Shown: positions 39,098 through 50,069, counted from the stretch's first letter. The stretch is 64,000 nucleotides of DNA from Pirellulales bacterium (GCA_963733035.1 CAVTBU010000001.1:1-64000), one strand, 5' to 3'. Notes: generated by a model not told the origin, from the letters alone. Numbers and translations: made by a program.

Positions 39098-40474
39098 TTA
39101 AAACAACTCGTGTATTTCGTGCTTGCCAAAGTTGACCAGCGGAAACGGTCGCCCCTGAGGACCGGGGAGCTTGGTTTCCAGGTCGAGCCCCAAGCTGCGA
39201 TAAATCGTGGCCACGACTTCCGGCGGCTCGACCGGACGCTCGGCCGGCACACCGCCAATGGCGTCGCTCCGACCCACCACGCGGCCGCCCTGCACGCCGC
39301 CACCGGCGAAGTAAACCGTCCAGCACTGCGGCCAATGATCGCGACCGCCCGCCGGGTTCACGCGCGGCGTGCGGCCGAACTCCGCCAGATTGCAGACCAA
39401 CGTGTTGTCGAGCATGCCCCGCTGCGTGAGATCCTCCAGCAGCGCCGTGTAAGCCTGATCGTACATCGGTGCCACGATGTTCTTCATCCCGTCGATTGAC
39501 GTGAAGGGGCTCGAACCGTGAATGTCCCAGGTGATTTCGTTGAACACCGTGAGGAACGTGTTCACGGTGACGAACCGCACGCCGGCCTCGATCAAACGCC
39601 GAGAAAGCAGGCAGCACTGACCAAAGCGATTCATACCGTACCGCTCGCGCACATCCTTCGGCTCCTGAGAAAGATCGAACGCGGCGCGCGCCTGGGGGCT
39701 GGTCATCATGCGAAACGCGGCTTCGAAGTTGCTATCCAGCAGCTTTGCGTTGTCGCTGGCTTCGAAGCTGGCCACCGTTTCGTCGACGATCGACCGCAGC
39801 TTGCGACGCCTCGCCAGCCGCGCCTCGCCAATTTGTTGGGGCGGCAAGAGGTCAGGCACCTTGAAGTTGGGCTTCGAAGGGTCGGTCATCAGGGCAAATG
39901 GATCGTACGCTTTGCCCAGGAAGCCGGCATCCTGGCCGTGCGGCAAATTGCCGCCGGTCGGACCCATCGGCTCGGGCAGAATCACGTGGGCCGGCAAGTC
40001 GCTCTTGCGGCCACGCAAGTAAGCCAGGGCGCAGCCGGCATGCGGCGAATTGATGCCGCCGGTGAATAACCGGCCGGTTTGCAGCATCTGGTGCCCCGTG
40101 TCGTGCACGGCGGCCGCCGTGTGGTAGCAACTGCGAACCAGCGAGAACTTGTCGGCGTGCTTGGCGTGCAGCGGCAGAATCTCGGAAATCTCCATTCCCG
40201 GCGCCGCGGTCTTGATCGGCTTAAACGGACCGCGAATCTCCGCCGGCGCGTCGGGCTTCATGTCGAACAAATCGAGCTGGCTGGGAGCCCCCAAATTGAA
40301 AATCATGATCACGCTGCGTTCGTCGTGATCCTTGGCCACGGCCCCCTGGGCTTTGGCGGCCATCAGTTCCGGCAGCGAGAGGCCAACGGCGCCCAGGGTG
40401 CCAACCTGCAGAAAGTCGCGCCGCGAGATACCGTCACAGGTGTGGGCTTGTCCTTTTCCGGTCACGTTGAGCAT
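39098..40474 (-). CDS. DUF1501 domain-containing protein (Tat signal)
   Basis: SRRDFLQVG, PSQLDLFDMKP, RRLIEAGVRFV, WDIH, EFGRTP..N..GGRDHW. Confidence 0.92.
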   Translation of the reverse strand: MLNVTGKGQAHTCDGISRRDFLQVGTLGAVGLSLPELMAAKAQGAVAKDHDERSVIMIFNLGAPSQLDLFDMKPDAPAEIRGPFKPIKTAAPGMEISEILPLHAKHADKFSLVRSCYHTAAAVHDTGHQMLQTGRLFTGGINSPHAGCALAYLRGRKSDLPAHVILPEPMGPTGGNLPHGQDAGFLGKAYDPFALMTDPSKPNFKVPDLLPPQQIGEARLARRRKLRSIVDETVASFEASDNAKLLDSNFEAAFRMMTSPQARAAFDLSQEPKDVRERYGMNRFGQCCLLSRRLIEAGVRFVTVNTFLTVFNEITWDIHGSSPFTSIDGMKNIVAPMYDQAYTALLEDLTQRGMLDNTLVCNLAEFGRTPRVNPAGGRDHWPQCWTVYFAGGGVQGGRVVGRSDAIGGVPAERPVEPPEVVATIYRSLGLDLETKLPGPQGRPFPLVNFGKHEIHELF

Positions 40475-40637
40475 GGGAATGACACTCGGCGGGGTGGCGG
40501 GGAGGGCCCTCTCTGCGCGCGAGCGCAGTGCCAATCAGACTAACACAGCTAGCACGCAAGATCAAGAAGCCGCGATAGTTAGGTGCGCACGGGGAAATGC
40601 CGTTGCCACCTGGTCTTACTCTGCGAGAGTCGCTCGA

Positions 40638-42434
40638 TCAGCGTGCGGAGCCAGCCGCTTGGCGGCTGCGGGCAACGGCGGTCTTTCGCGGTCGCCCCAA
40701 GAGCATGACCTGCTCGTCCTGACCCGGCAGCTGGCGAGTTTCCAGCACGCCGACGTCTGAGGGCAGCGTGCCGGCGAGCTTCGTGTATTGCCGGTCATTC
40801 GTAATTACGAAAGCGGCTTTGGGATGAGACTCAAAAAACACCCGCACATCGTCAGGCGATTCGATCTTTTCGACCACGCTCGACGTGTAGAAAACGTAAC
40901 TCGGGCGAAAGTGATGAAACGAACGAACGACCGGCTCCGATTCCCCGCTCTCCGCGGCGATCCGCGTAGCGAAGGCGGGACTCTCCTGATAGCGGTCAAC
41001 ATAAACCGCGAAGAAGCCAAACACTATCATCCACATTCCGGCGCCGGCGGCGGCCAAGGTCCACGCCGAGCGACTCGGTTGCGAGCGTTCGCTATAGACC
41101 CAGCCGAGGATGGCGGCGACCAGCGGAATCAGGCCCAGCGTGCCCAGGAACCATTCGTCTTGCAGCACCAGGTGGGCCGCAATCGGCAGGCCGATAAGCA
41201 ATCCAATGCCCGTCAATGCCACGCACCCCCAGGCCAATCGAGTAAAGAGGCGTGGCACTGCGGCGGGCTCGCGAATCCAACTGGCCACAAAACACCCTGT
41301 GACCAATGCCAGAGCCGGGTAAGCCGGAATGATGTAGCTCGGCAGCTTGGTGCCCGCCAGCGAAAAGAAGCCAACCCAGACCACGATCCACGAACAGACC
41401 AGCACGTAGCCCGGTCGCCAGGGATGGTTCGCACGAAGTAGCCTTCGCATATGCAACAGCGTGGGACTGGTAAACACCGACCACGGAAAAAAGCCGATCG
41501 CAATCGCCAGCAAATAGTAAAAGATCGGGCCGCTATGATCGTCCATCGCGTGAGCAAAGCGGCCAAAGTTGTGCACTCCGAAGAAGCCAATCAGCCACTC
41601 GCCATGCGTGGCCATGCCAACCAGCACGTACCACGGCGCGGCTACCAGCAGCACCACCGCCACGGCCGTGAGTGGCCGCATGCTCCAGATCGTGCGGGCG
41701 ACATACAGCGGTGCCAGGATGCGTGCCAACCACTGTGCCTGGTTCGCTGCAACGCCTTTCCAACCAGTCGCATCAACCGGTGGCAACCGCTCGGCACGCA
41801 TGACGAGCAAGAACAGTCCAATCGACGCCGTGGGTAGCACAACGCCAACAGGCCCCTTGGTGAGCACGGCGGCGCCCATCGCGGCGTAAACCGTGCACCA
41901 ACCCCACCAACTCGGCTCGAAGCGGGTTTGGCCGGCCCAAGGTACGTTCCTTTCGTTTTCCTCTCCGGAAAGCGGGCGAGCCTTGGCTGTCGCGGCCACG
42001 AATAGCAGCATGGCCAGCGTGCAAAAAAACGTCAGAAAAGAGTCGGGCGTGGCGGCCCGCGCGATGACGTTGAAATTCAAACTCGTGGCCAGGATCAAGC
42101 CAGACCAAAAGGCGACGCTGGGCGAAAACACAAGACGCGCCAACCGGTACGTAAGCAGCACGCTACCCACGCCGAACACGGCCGACCAAAAGCGTGCCGC
42201 GAACTCCGTCGTGCCGAACGCCTCGTAGGCGGTCATCATCAGCCAATACATCACCGGCGGCTTGTCTGGAAACACCGCGCCGTTGAAGTAGGGCGTGACC
42301 GCGTCGCCGCGCTCGTACATCTCCTTGGCGGCCTGCGAGAAGATCGCCTCGTCGACGTCCCACAAATGGGTCGCACCCAAATTCACAAAGAACAAAATGC
42401 CAGCAATCGCCGCTAGCAACAGTTGAGGTCGCAC
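40638..42434 (-). CDS. ArnT/PMT-like GT-C membrane glycosyltransferase
   Basis: LWDVDEAIF, FPDKPP, LTKGPVG, APWY, TKLPSYIIPAYP; many TM segments. Confidence 0.88.
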   Translation of the reverse strand: MRPQLLLAAIAGILFFVNLGATHLWDVDEAIFSQAAKEMYERGDAVTPYFNGAVFPDKPPVMYWLMMTAYEAFGTTEFAARFWSAVFGVGSVLLTYRLARLVFSPSVAFWSGLILATSLNFNVIARAATPDSFLTFFCTLAMLLFVAATAKARPLSGEENERNVPWAGQTRFEPSWWGWCTVYAAMGAAVLTKGPVGVVLPTASIGLFLLVMRAERLPPVDATGWKGVAANQAQWLARILAPLYVARTIWSMRPLTAVAVVLLVAAPWYVLVGMATHGEWLIGFFGVHNFGRFAHAMDDHSGPIFYYLLAIAIGFFPWSVFTSPTLLHMRRLLRANHPWRPGYVLVCSWIVVWVGFFSLAGTKLPSYIIPAYPALALVTGCFVASWIREPAAVPRLFTRLAWGCVALTGIGLLIGLPIAAHLVLQDEWFLGTLGLIPLVAAILGWVYSERSQPSRSAWTLAAAGAGMWMIVFGFFAVYVDRYQESPAFATRIAAESGESEPVVRSFHHFRPSYVFYTSSVVEKIESPDDVRVFFESHPKAAFVITNDRQYTKLAGTLPSDVGVLETRQLPGQDEQVMLLGRPRKTAVARSRQAAGSAR

Positions 42435-42597
42435 GAAATGGCATCCTTGCCAGGAGATTCGGTCATGCCGGACATTCCCGCAGCCGCGGCATGCCCAACG
42501 TCCGTCGCGGAGTCTATGAAGGAGACCGGCAGAACGACAACATCAGTTTCCGTCGAGCCGGCGAATCTCGACGTCGCAGGTGGGCTCGAAACGCGCG

Positions 42598-45500
42598 TTA
42601 GAAAGCCCTCATCCACGAAAACAACCAGTTCGACACTTCGTCAAATCGTGTCAGGATCAAAACGACGAGCGGCGAAGCATACGCGGCAAAGCTAAGCGCC
42701 AAGTCTCTATCCATCGTCAGGTAAAAGGGGGCCGTTTGCGAGATGTAACTAAACGTCTCGTCGCGATTGATCTGGACAATCAATTTGAGCGACAACAAAA
42801 CGGACGCAATGATCAGCCCATCGACAACGACCGTCAAGAAGTATTGCGGCTCGAAGCGGTACAAGGTGACAGCCAACAGCATCATGATGGGTGCCACGGT
42901 AACCATGAACATCTGATGACGCAGATAGACCAAGAACTGACTGAGATAGAGCATCGTGCAAATGGCCACGAATTCCTCGAGTTGCTCGAGTTGCTTGTCG
43001 AGCGAATTTTGCGCAGGCGCGGGGGGCCCGGCATCAACAGCGGGATACGCCGCCCGAAGGGAACTGCGCGCCCATTTCCCTCGACTGAGCTTAACTATGC
43101 TCCATAGTGCAAATGCCCGCAACAGCCTTGGAGTGACGAGCCGCGCCGGCGGCGTGGTGGCGCCGTCCGCTCGCTGAAGATCGCCCTTGAATGCGAAACG
43201 AAGCCACGGTACACCCGACAGCGCATCCCATTGCTGCACGGCAAATTCGAATTCTTCCAAACCCGGGCGGCGCGCGGTAAAGAAACGCCCGTATCGCTGA
43301 CTGGCTTTTTCCGGCAGTCGGCGAAATGCGTTTTGCAGGGGGTAGTAGCCGATCGCTTCAGTCAACCGGAACAGGGCGCTCGCTACCAGTTGAATGTGGA
43401 ATAGCCCCGCCACGGCAGCCGCGGCCAAGAAACTAAACAGGGCATGAAAGATCAGCGAAAAGAGCACGCCTTCGTAGGTCATTCGCAGGCGCAAAGCACA
43501 CAGCAGCAACAGCAAGGCGGTGACCGCCAACCAGGGCAGAAAGTACCGTCGTCCGTGCTTGCCCCAAGGCCACAGGATGGCTGCGAATAGCGTTTGATCC
43601 GCCCGGTACGGTTCCGAGTTCTTGGGAAAAGGACTTGGAATTCGGTATTGCGCGAGTTGCTGAGTAACCAATAGCTGGCTGCGACCCCAACCAAAAACAA
43701 TGGCCCCCAGCAGCGTGACACTCAACAGTGGCGACAGTCCACTCTCAAAGTGGATCGCCCGAGCGAATCGAAACGCCTGTTCGTTTGTCCGCACGGGCAT
43801 GGTCAGAGCATAGACGCCCAGGATGCCAATTCCACCGACGGCGCAGCCGAGCAAGAGGAATGCCTTGCCCTTGGGCGCCACTCTTCCCTGGAGCATCTTT
43901 CCCAGTTGAACGGCCATGGCAATCGAGAACAAGGCCACTGTGACAAATAGCTCGGCCATCAAACAAGGGAGCACGAAACGCGGCCGGAGATCGACGGGGC
44001 TTTTCAGCGGGATGGTCCAGACAAGTAGGAAGTAAAGCGATACGCCCAATATTCCCGCGATGCACAACCCCCCCCACACCGCACGCCGAATGACAAGTTC
44101 GCGGGACGCCAAGACGGGACGGGGCGTCGCAACGCGGTCCCAAAAGTACTTCGGAAGGCCCCACAAGGCCGTGATACAAACCATGCCCACGATCAGAGAA
44201 AACAGCGACTCCACCGTCGAGTAGTCCAGCGTCAGGGGTTCGCCCCTCAATGGCGGTTTCTCAGGCACAAACAGGTAGGAAGCGCCCTCACAGCTTTCTG
44301 AACAATACTTGAGAGGCCAAAAACCGCTTTCACCGACGACGCTCAGCCAGATCCCCGGGTGGTTTCCGTCTTTGACTTCTGCGCCACAATCGAAGTACGG
44401 CGGCGCATACTCGATCATCTCTGTTGGCTTGTTCAACAGTGCCAGTACGGCGTTGTAGGTGCCGTAACCTTCCTGGGAACCAAACGTCACGTGACGAACC
44501 GCGGGTAGTTGATCCAAATTCTTCGGAGCTTCCCAGACTTTCGATCCTTGGTACAGCGGATAGGTGTGAGCGCAGATCGTGCCAGCCAGGTAACGCCGGT
44601 GCTCGCGGTTCGTCAGCAAGAGTTCCGTATCGGTGGTAAACAGCGTCGTCAAAGGGCAATACTTCTTCACCAGGTAGGCTAGAAATATCTTGTCGCGTAC
44701 GTCCGTGGCCACCAATCCGACCGCATCAAACTGGCCCTCGGAGAGCAGCTCGACGAGTTGCGTCATGAGCTGATCGGAGGCGACGGCCGTCATGCCGCCG
44801 TCCATCGTGGGCACGACGTCCCGGGTTCCATGACTCGTATCGAACGGAATGGGCACCTGCGATGCAAAGGGATCGTACTTGGAGACGAGCTGGCCGCGCC
44901 TCGATCGCTCCGCCTCGTACACCGGGCGCAGCGCGGCAATGTGCATTGGGAACCGAAACGTGACGACACTGTCATCGCTTTCGCTGTCATTCGCGGTCGC
45001 CCTGCCATAGGCCGTATTGGATTCGCTTAACACCGCGATTCGATGCCGCCCCATCTCCTTTCGCAGGAACTCTCGCAGCCTTTTCAGCACTGCCGTGTCC
45101 GGATGCACCGTGGCTGAGAAGGAGATGCCTTGGTCTTCGTCGGCAAAATCCGAGACACTTGTCGCCGACGGAGAAATGAAGCGGAACTTGTCGCCGTGAT
45201 GACTGCGTCGCCATGCCGCGATGGCGATGCGTAGCGAGTCGACCGTACCGGAGCAGGTCGGCCCCAGGACGCTGTACTGTCTTGGTTTCCTGGTTTTGTC
45301 GAGATGGCCGATAATTTCCAAACAACTGCGAAATGCCGTTTTGTGAATTCCCGCCGAGGCGGTCTCGCCAACCAAAAACACGACGAGCAGCTCGATTTGG
45401 TTGTTGCCGGGCGATTTCTCTTTGGAGTCTCCCTCATCGTGTGACTTCTGCTTCTCGGCGGGCGACATCGGACGGAACAAGAGTATTCCCGGAATCGACT

Positions 45501-46000
45501 CGAACTCTCGCGCCGAGCTTCCGGCTGTCGTCGTCTTGGACAATTGCTGCTTCATCGCGGCGGCGCTCGTCCCGCCGCCAGTGTTCGGCCACGGAAGCCA
45601 CCACCGATCAAAGGTGTAATCGGCCGCCTCTGCCGCAGCGCAAATGGCATCAAGTTGCGTATCGAACGTATACGCCAATCGAGAATCGACGGGGTCCATG
45701 ACCGTCGCAATCAGACATGTGTATTTAGCATTGCGGGGAATGCTCGCTTGATTTGGAAGAACCCCAGAACTCATCGATAAGTTTGTCGAACTGAGCCTGC
45801 GCGCTTGAGATGTTCCGTGCCGGTCCGCTCGCGGAGTTGGATGCCGCACTTGCCAGAGGCGTGCTGGCATCGCCCCCTTGCTGGCCCGTGTTGCCGGTCG
45901 GGAAGACGGGTCCGCCGATCACGTAGGCGACGATTGCCGCCAATAGCATCAAGAGCAGCCCCGATGGCTGGCGCGAAGCATCCTTCGTGCTGGCTGTCAT
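42598..46000 (-). CDS. Large membrane protein: periplasmic-binding-protein type 1 (Venus-flytrap)-like domain plus ~10-11 TM helices; frameshift near 45730-45770
   Basis: N-terminal TM in ORF 45725-46132 (ATG 46000) continues into ORF 42598-45870. Motifs VLGPTCSG, FISPSATS, ATVHPD, IAVLSESNTAYG; hydrophobic C-terminal half. Confidence 0.65.
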
Positions 46001-46190
46001 CCCCCCGGACATACGATGCCCCCCAACGGAAATAACCGATCCCCCTGAAAGTATAGCCAGCGAGTTGAGCTTCACAAGAGGCCGGACCTCGACGACGAAT
46101 CCGCCCAAGTCGGTCTTATTCCACGCGAGCAAGTTTGCTATTTTTCCGCCGCGTTCATTTCCCCGCCGGACTCGGTCGAGGCATTGGTGG

Positions 46191-46958
46191 ATGACTCCTG
46201 ATCCTTACAGCGATTGCGAAATCCCCCTGCCACGCCTGCGAACCATCTCGCACCTGTGGAGCTGCGCAGCCGTGCTGGCCGCCATGGGCGTGGCCATGCT
46301 GGCGATCGATGTGCCGCTGGCCGCTTGGTTCCGCGCGGGGTACACGCCAAGCATGCTCGAAAAGGTGTGTGGGCTGGCGGAGATATTTGGTCACGGCCTT
46401 GGGGTTGTGGCGATCGTGGCCGTCATCTTCGTGCTCGATCCCTGGCACCGCTATGGCATTCCTCGAATCTTGGCGGCATCGCTAGGGGCGGGTTTGGCGG
46501 CCAATATGCTAAAGCTGCTGGTGGCCCGCGTGCGCCCAAATCACGTCGATTTCACCTTGATCGACCACGGCATCGATACGTTCGGACGTTGGTTTCCGCT
46601 GGCCCGGAATCCGAGTTGGGAGCAAGGGTTTCCTTCGTCGCATATGGCAACCGCGGCCGGACTAGCCATTGTGCTCTCAGCTTTCTACCCGCGGGGCCGC
46701 TGGCTGTTCCCGACGTGCGCGGCACTGGCCGGCATGCAGCGTTTGTTGCACGGCTCGCATTTCGCCAGCGACGTTTTCTGGGGAGCGGCCATGGGGTGCA
46801 TTTTTGCGCCGCTGTGTGTTTACGGCAGCCGGTTATCACAAACCTTCGATCACTTGGAAGACGCTCTGCTGGCGCGGCGCGAACGCGTGGCGCGAGCGCG
46901 ACGCATCCGGCCGCGGGGTTCCGCCCCGGCGCCGGTCGCCGCCAAGCCGATGGTTTGA
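46191..46958 (+). CDS. PAP2-family membrane phosphatase
   Basis: KLLVARVRP, FPSSH and QRLLHGSHFASDV catalytic motifs. Confidence 0.88.
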   Translation: MTPDPYSDCEIPLPRLRTISHLWSCAAVLAAMGVAMLAIDVPLAAWFRAGYTPSMLEKVCGLAEIFGHGLGVVAIVAVIFVLDPWHRYGIPRILAASLGAGLAANMLKLLVARVRPNHVDFTLIDHGIDTFGRWFPLARNPSWEQGFPSSHMATAAGLAIVLSAFYPRGRWLFPTCAALAGMQRLLHGSHFASDVFWGAAMGCIFAPLCVYGSRLSQTFDHLEDALLARRERVARARRIRPRGSAPAPVAAKPMV

Positions 46959-47058
46959 TCTCAGAGCGATACGCCGGCGCCAATTTCGCGCTTTCTTGAT
47001 GGGCATCCGGTATACTGACCGTCGGGCTGATGGTATCGCATGTCAAGGAGGCATCCGC

Positions 47059-47799
47059 ATGATGACGAAGCCAATTGTTGTCGTGCTGTTGGCTGTCGTG
47101 TCGGCCACGCCGTTTTTGTGCCAGGCGGCGGAAAGGTCGGCCCCTGCTCTGCGCGGAGCCGTGCACGACGCCTTGCGTCGTCACGCAACGACTTGCGGAA
47201 CGGAACAAGAGGCGACCATCCGCCAGCTGGTGGCCCTCTACCGAGAAGTGCAAGCCAGCACAAAGTTCAGCGACCGCTCTCGGCAACAACTAAGTGGACT
47301 GGTTCGCAATCGGTTGCGACGCACCCAAGAGGCTCTCGCGAAGCAAGTCTCTGATGATTCCGTCACGCCCGCGCGAAACGGTGGCTCGACATCGCTGTCA
47401 GAACCCGCCGCAGGGGGAAACTCGCCTGCCCAACGGGCAATCCTCGCTCAAAACGCGGGCATCGCAGCCGGCCAAAAACCGCTAGCAGGTGCCGCCGGCG
47501 GAAATTTTCAGCCGCCCGGCGGCGCCGTTCGCGCGGCCGCAGGCCAAGCGGGCGGTTTTGAGGCCGCGACGACCCAAAATGCGCAGGAACTGGTCGACCT
47601 GATCCAGACCACGATCGCCCCCAAGTCTTGGCAAGCCAATGGCGGACTCGGCTCGATCATGTACTTTTCGCCGTCGCGAATCCTCGTCATCCGCCAAACC
47701 GACGGCATCCACACGAAAGTTGGAGCGGCGCTCAACGAGATGCGCGGCGCCAGCCTTAGGAACGCTCAATTCGAGCGGCCGAGAAACTGTTCCGCATAG
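47059..47799 (+). CDS. Secreted hypothetical protein with planctomycete secretin-N-like C-terminal domain
   Basis: AAGGAGG SD, signal peptide, LVDLIQTTIAPKSW..NGG.GSI...LVIRQT..IH motif. Confidence 0.65.
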   Translation: MMTKPIVVVLLAVVSATPFLCQAAERSAPALRGAVHDALRRHATTCGTEQEATIRQLVALYREVQASTKFSDRSRQQLSGLVRNRLRRTQEALAKQVSDDSVTPARNGGSTSLSEPAAGGNSPAQRAILAQNAGIAAGQKPLAGAAGGNFQPPGGAVRAAAGQAGGFEAATTQNAQELVDLIQTTIAPKSWQANGGLGSIMYFSPSRILVIRQTDGIHTKVGAALNEMRGASLRNAQFERPRNCSA

Positions 47800-49181
47800 T
47801 GCTCGGCCAATTGCTTGTTGGCAAACGGCATGATCTGAAACCGAGTTGCCGCGCGAATTTGCGGTGGAAGTCGAGTGAGCGCCTCTTGCTGGAATTTGCG
47901 GGCCCCGGCGGGCGAAGTCGTGACGCCCGCGGTCCGCCGCGTCGTCGAGTCGAGCAACACCACGTAGTGCGTTTGATTGGCGACTGGATCGACATAGGGC
48001 AGTGACTTGAGATGCTCCACGAGCGCCTTCTCGATCGCCGCGTAATCATCGCCGAAATACTTCACGAAGAGTCGCCGGCCCACGACGGCAGAGCGGCCAT
48101 CCGGCGGTTCGAGCGGACCTAGCTGTGCCACTTCACGCAGAAAATCCTGGAATTTTTCCTTCTGCCGCGATGCCAGGTAATGCGTGAGCGACCAGGCGGC
48201 CGCATAGCCGCTGGATGTTAATCGCTCGGCACCCACAACTTCGTCGATGATCTGGCCATTGGTTTCAGGGCGCGCCTTCATGAATTGCGCCAGTTCATGC
48301 ATCCGCAGGTCATGCGGCATGCCGACGCCCTTCCAGCGCAGCCTGTGATCTACCGACGTGGGGGCGAAGTATTCCGCCAGCCCCTCGGAAACCCACATCG
48401 GCCACCGCGACAACCGCTGTTGGGCGCCAATGTTGTGAAGGATCTGATGGATGCCCTCGTGAGCGATGGTGCCAATGGACTGCTTCATCGCCAATTCCGG
48501 AGCCACCTCCACGAGGTCCGATTGTTCGTACATCACGATGTGATTCGAGATCGTGTTGTAGTAGGCGGCGATGCCGGCTGGGATGGGTTCGAATTTCTGA
48601 AACTCTTCCTCCGTGCGAAACATGATCGCCACCAGCGGCACTTGCGGATGATCGACCGGGAGCTTCAATCGCTTGAAATAGGCCAAAACCGCCGGATACA
48701 TCGTCTCCAGAATCCGACTCGTACCCTTATAGAAGGCCGCGCTGGTGTTGTAGACGTAAATGAAACGGGCCGTGCTGCGAACGTTGAAATTTCGAAACCC
48801 CTTGGCCTTGAGCTGCTCGGCAATTTCCTCCTTCGTGGCGGGTCGAAACGGCTCGCTCGTGATTGGAGCGCGCGACGTGGCCACCGACTCGAGTCGGCCA
48901 TCGGACAGTATGACCAGCCTGCGGTCGCCAACGTCGGCATGCAGCAGCGCAACCACGTCTGCTCCGGCCGAGTCCTTCATCAATACGTGCTGCCCCTGCC
49001 CGCGACGAACAGGCGCACCCTCGGGCACAAACAGCGCCGAATCGCGAGGGTCGGCTTGGGGCCGACGATCTTGCGCGTCTGCCTGCTCTCCGACGGCTGC
49101 GCAACCTACCAAGAGGGCGATAATCCAGCCAAGCGCGGCTGCGATTCGGCGCCATGCACGTGTCCACCGTTGGCAATCCAT
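47766..49181 (-). CDS. DUF1570 domain-containing protein (HExxH)
   Basis: TIAHEGIHQILHNIG...RWPMWVSEGLAEYF, YAAAWSLTHYL; signal peptide. Confidence 0.82.
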   Translation of the reverse strand: MDCQRWTRAWRRIAAALGWIIALLVGCAAVGEQADAQDRRPQADPRDSALFVPEGAPVRRGQGQHVLMKDSAGADVVALLHADVGDRRLVILSDGRLESVATSRAPITSEPFRPATKEEIAEQLKAKGFRNFNVRSTARFIYVYNTSAAFYKGTSRILETMYPAVLAYFKRLKLPVDHPQVPLVAIMFRTEEEFQKFEPIPAGIAAYYNTISNHIVMYEQSDLVEVAPELAMKQSIGTIAHEGIHQILHNIGAQQRLSRWPMWVSEGLAEYFAPTSVDHRLRWKGVGMPHDLRMHELAQFMKARPETNGQIIDEVVGAERLTSSGYAAAWSLTHYLASRQKEKFQDFLREVAQLGPLEPPDGRSAVVGRRLFVKYFGDDYAAIEKALVEHLKSLPYVDPVANQTHYVVLLDSTTRRTAGVTTSPAGARKFQQEALTRLPPQIRAATRFQIMPFANKQLAEHYAEQFLGRSN

Positions 49182-49367
49182 CTGGTTTCTCCGTCCAAAA
49201 CTTCGCAAGCCCGCAATCTCGCTGATCTTCGGGCCACGGTGGGTCTCTTGCAAATTGCGCCGATCTCGGATACTTGTGGAGGCTTATATTTTACCGTATT
49301 AGCCAGCCAAACGCCTACATTTGGGGCGTCCCCAGCTCACAAACCTTTCTCCGAGGTCCACCGCAAG

Positions 49368-49754
49368 ATGGCAGAAGACAAGAGTGAAACGAAGCGGCAG
49401 CGCGTGCTGATCGTCGACGACGACCACGAAATCGTCGAAAGCGTCCGCTTCGCCCTCGAGGCCAACGGCTACGACGTGCTCGTGGCCCGCGATGGCAACC
49501 AGGGGTTGGCCATGGCCGAACGGGAAGATCCCGACCTGGTGATCCTCGACATGATGATGCCCAAGCGGAGTGGCTTTTTAGTGCTGGAAAAGCTGCGGCG
49601 CTCGCGCCCCGTGCCTTTGCGAGTAATCATGATCACGGCCAATGAAGGAAGTCGGCACAAGGCCTACGCCGAGATGCTGGGAGTCGATGACTACATTCGC
49701 AAGCCGTTTGCAATGGACCGGTTGATGGAAAGCGTCAATCGGCTGCTCAGCTAG
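49368..49754 (+). CDS. Single-domain response regulator (CheY-like)
   Basis: VLIVDDD, PDLVILDMMMP, MITA, DYIRKPF. Confidence 0.92.
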   Translation: MAEDKSETKRQRVLIVDDDHEIVESVRFALEANGYDVLVARDGNQGLAMAEREDPDLVILDMMMPKRSGFLVLEKLRRSRPVPLRVIMITANEGSRHKAYAEMLGVDDYIRKPFAMDRLMESVNRLLS

Positions 49755-50069
49755 CCGCCGGCCGCGCAAGAGCGGGTCAAAGGATGCCGACGTGACCTGT
49801 TTCGACCACGGGTCGTGGGCCCAGCTTCGCATAGATCGTCGAATAACGACTTACACCGCTTGTTCGCCGTTCGATTGCTTCACTACACCGATAGCCCGGT
49901 TGCACCGGACTTCGTGCTTTTTCGCACGGTTGGTAGCCCCAAATACCTGCCCAAGTGTCCAGGTGCAAAATCGCTACAGGCCTCGTGGGTGGAATTCGAT
50001 TCTTGAGAATCTGGCCGGCACCCCCTACCAAGCAAAACCGGGCCGGGATTCCGGAATAAATGACGTACA

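Noticed and set aside
42530..42604. attC-like imperfect palindrome after the stop of the large membrane gene (TTCTAAC...GAGC...GCTC...GTTGTCG on the minus strand)
   Set aside because: The R boxes do not fit RYYYAAC/GTTRRRY, the spacing is non-canonical, and there is no integrase or second site. It could be re-tested with IntegronFinder.
48285..49367. Apparent long N-terminal extension of the response regulator
   Set aside because: It overlaps the DUF1570 gene on the opposite strand; the receiver domain starts at ATG 49368.
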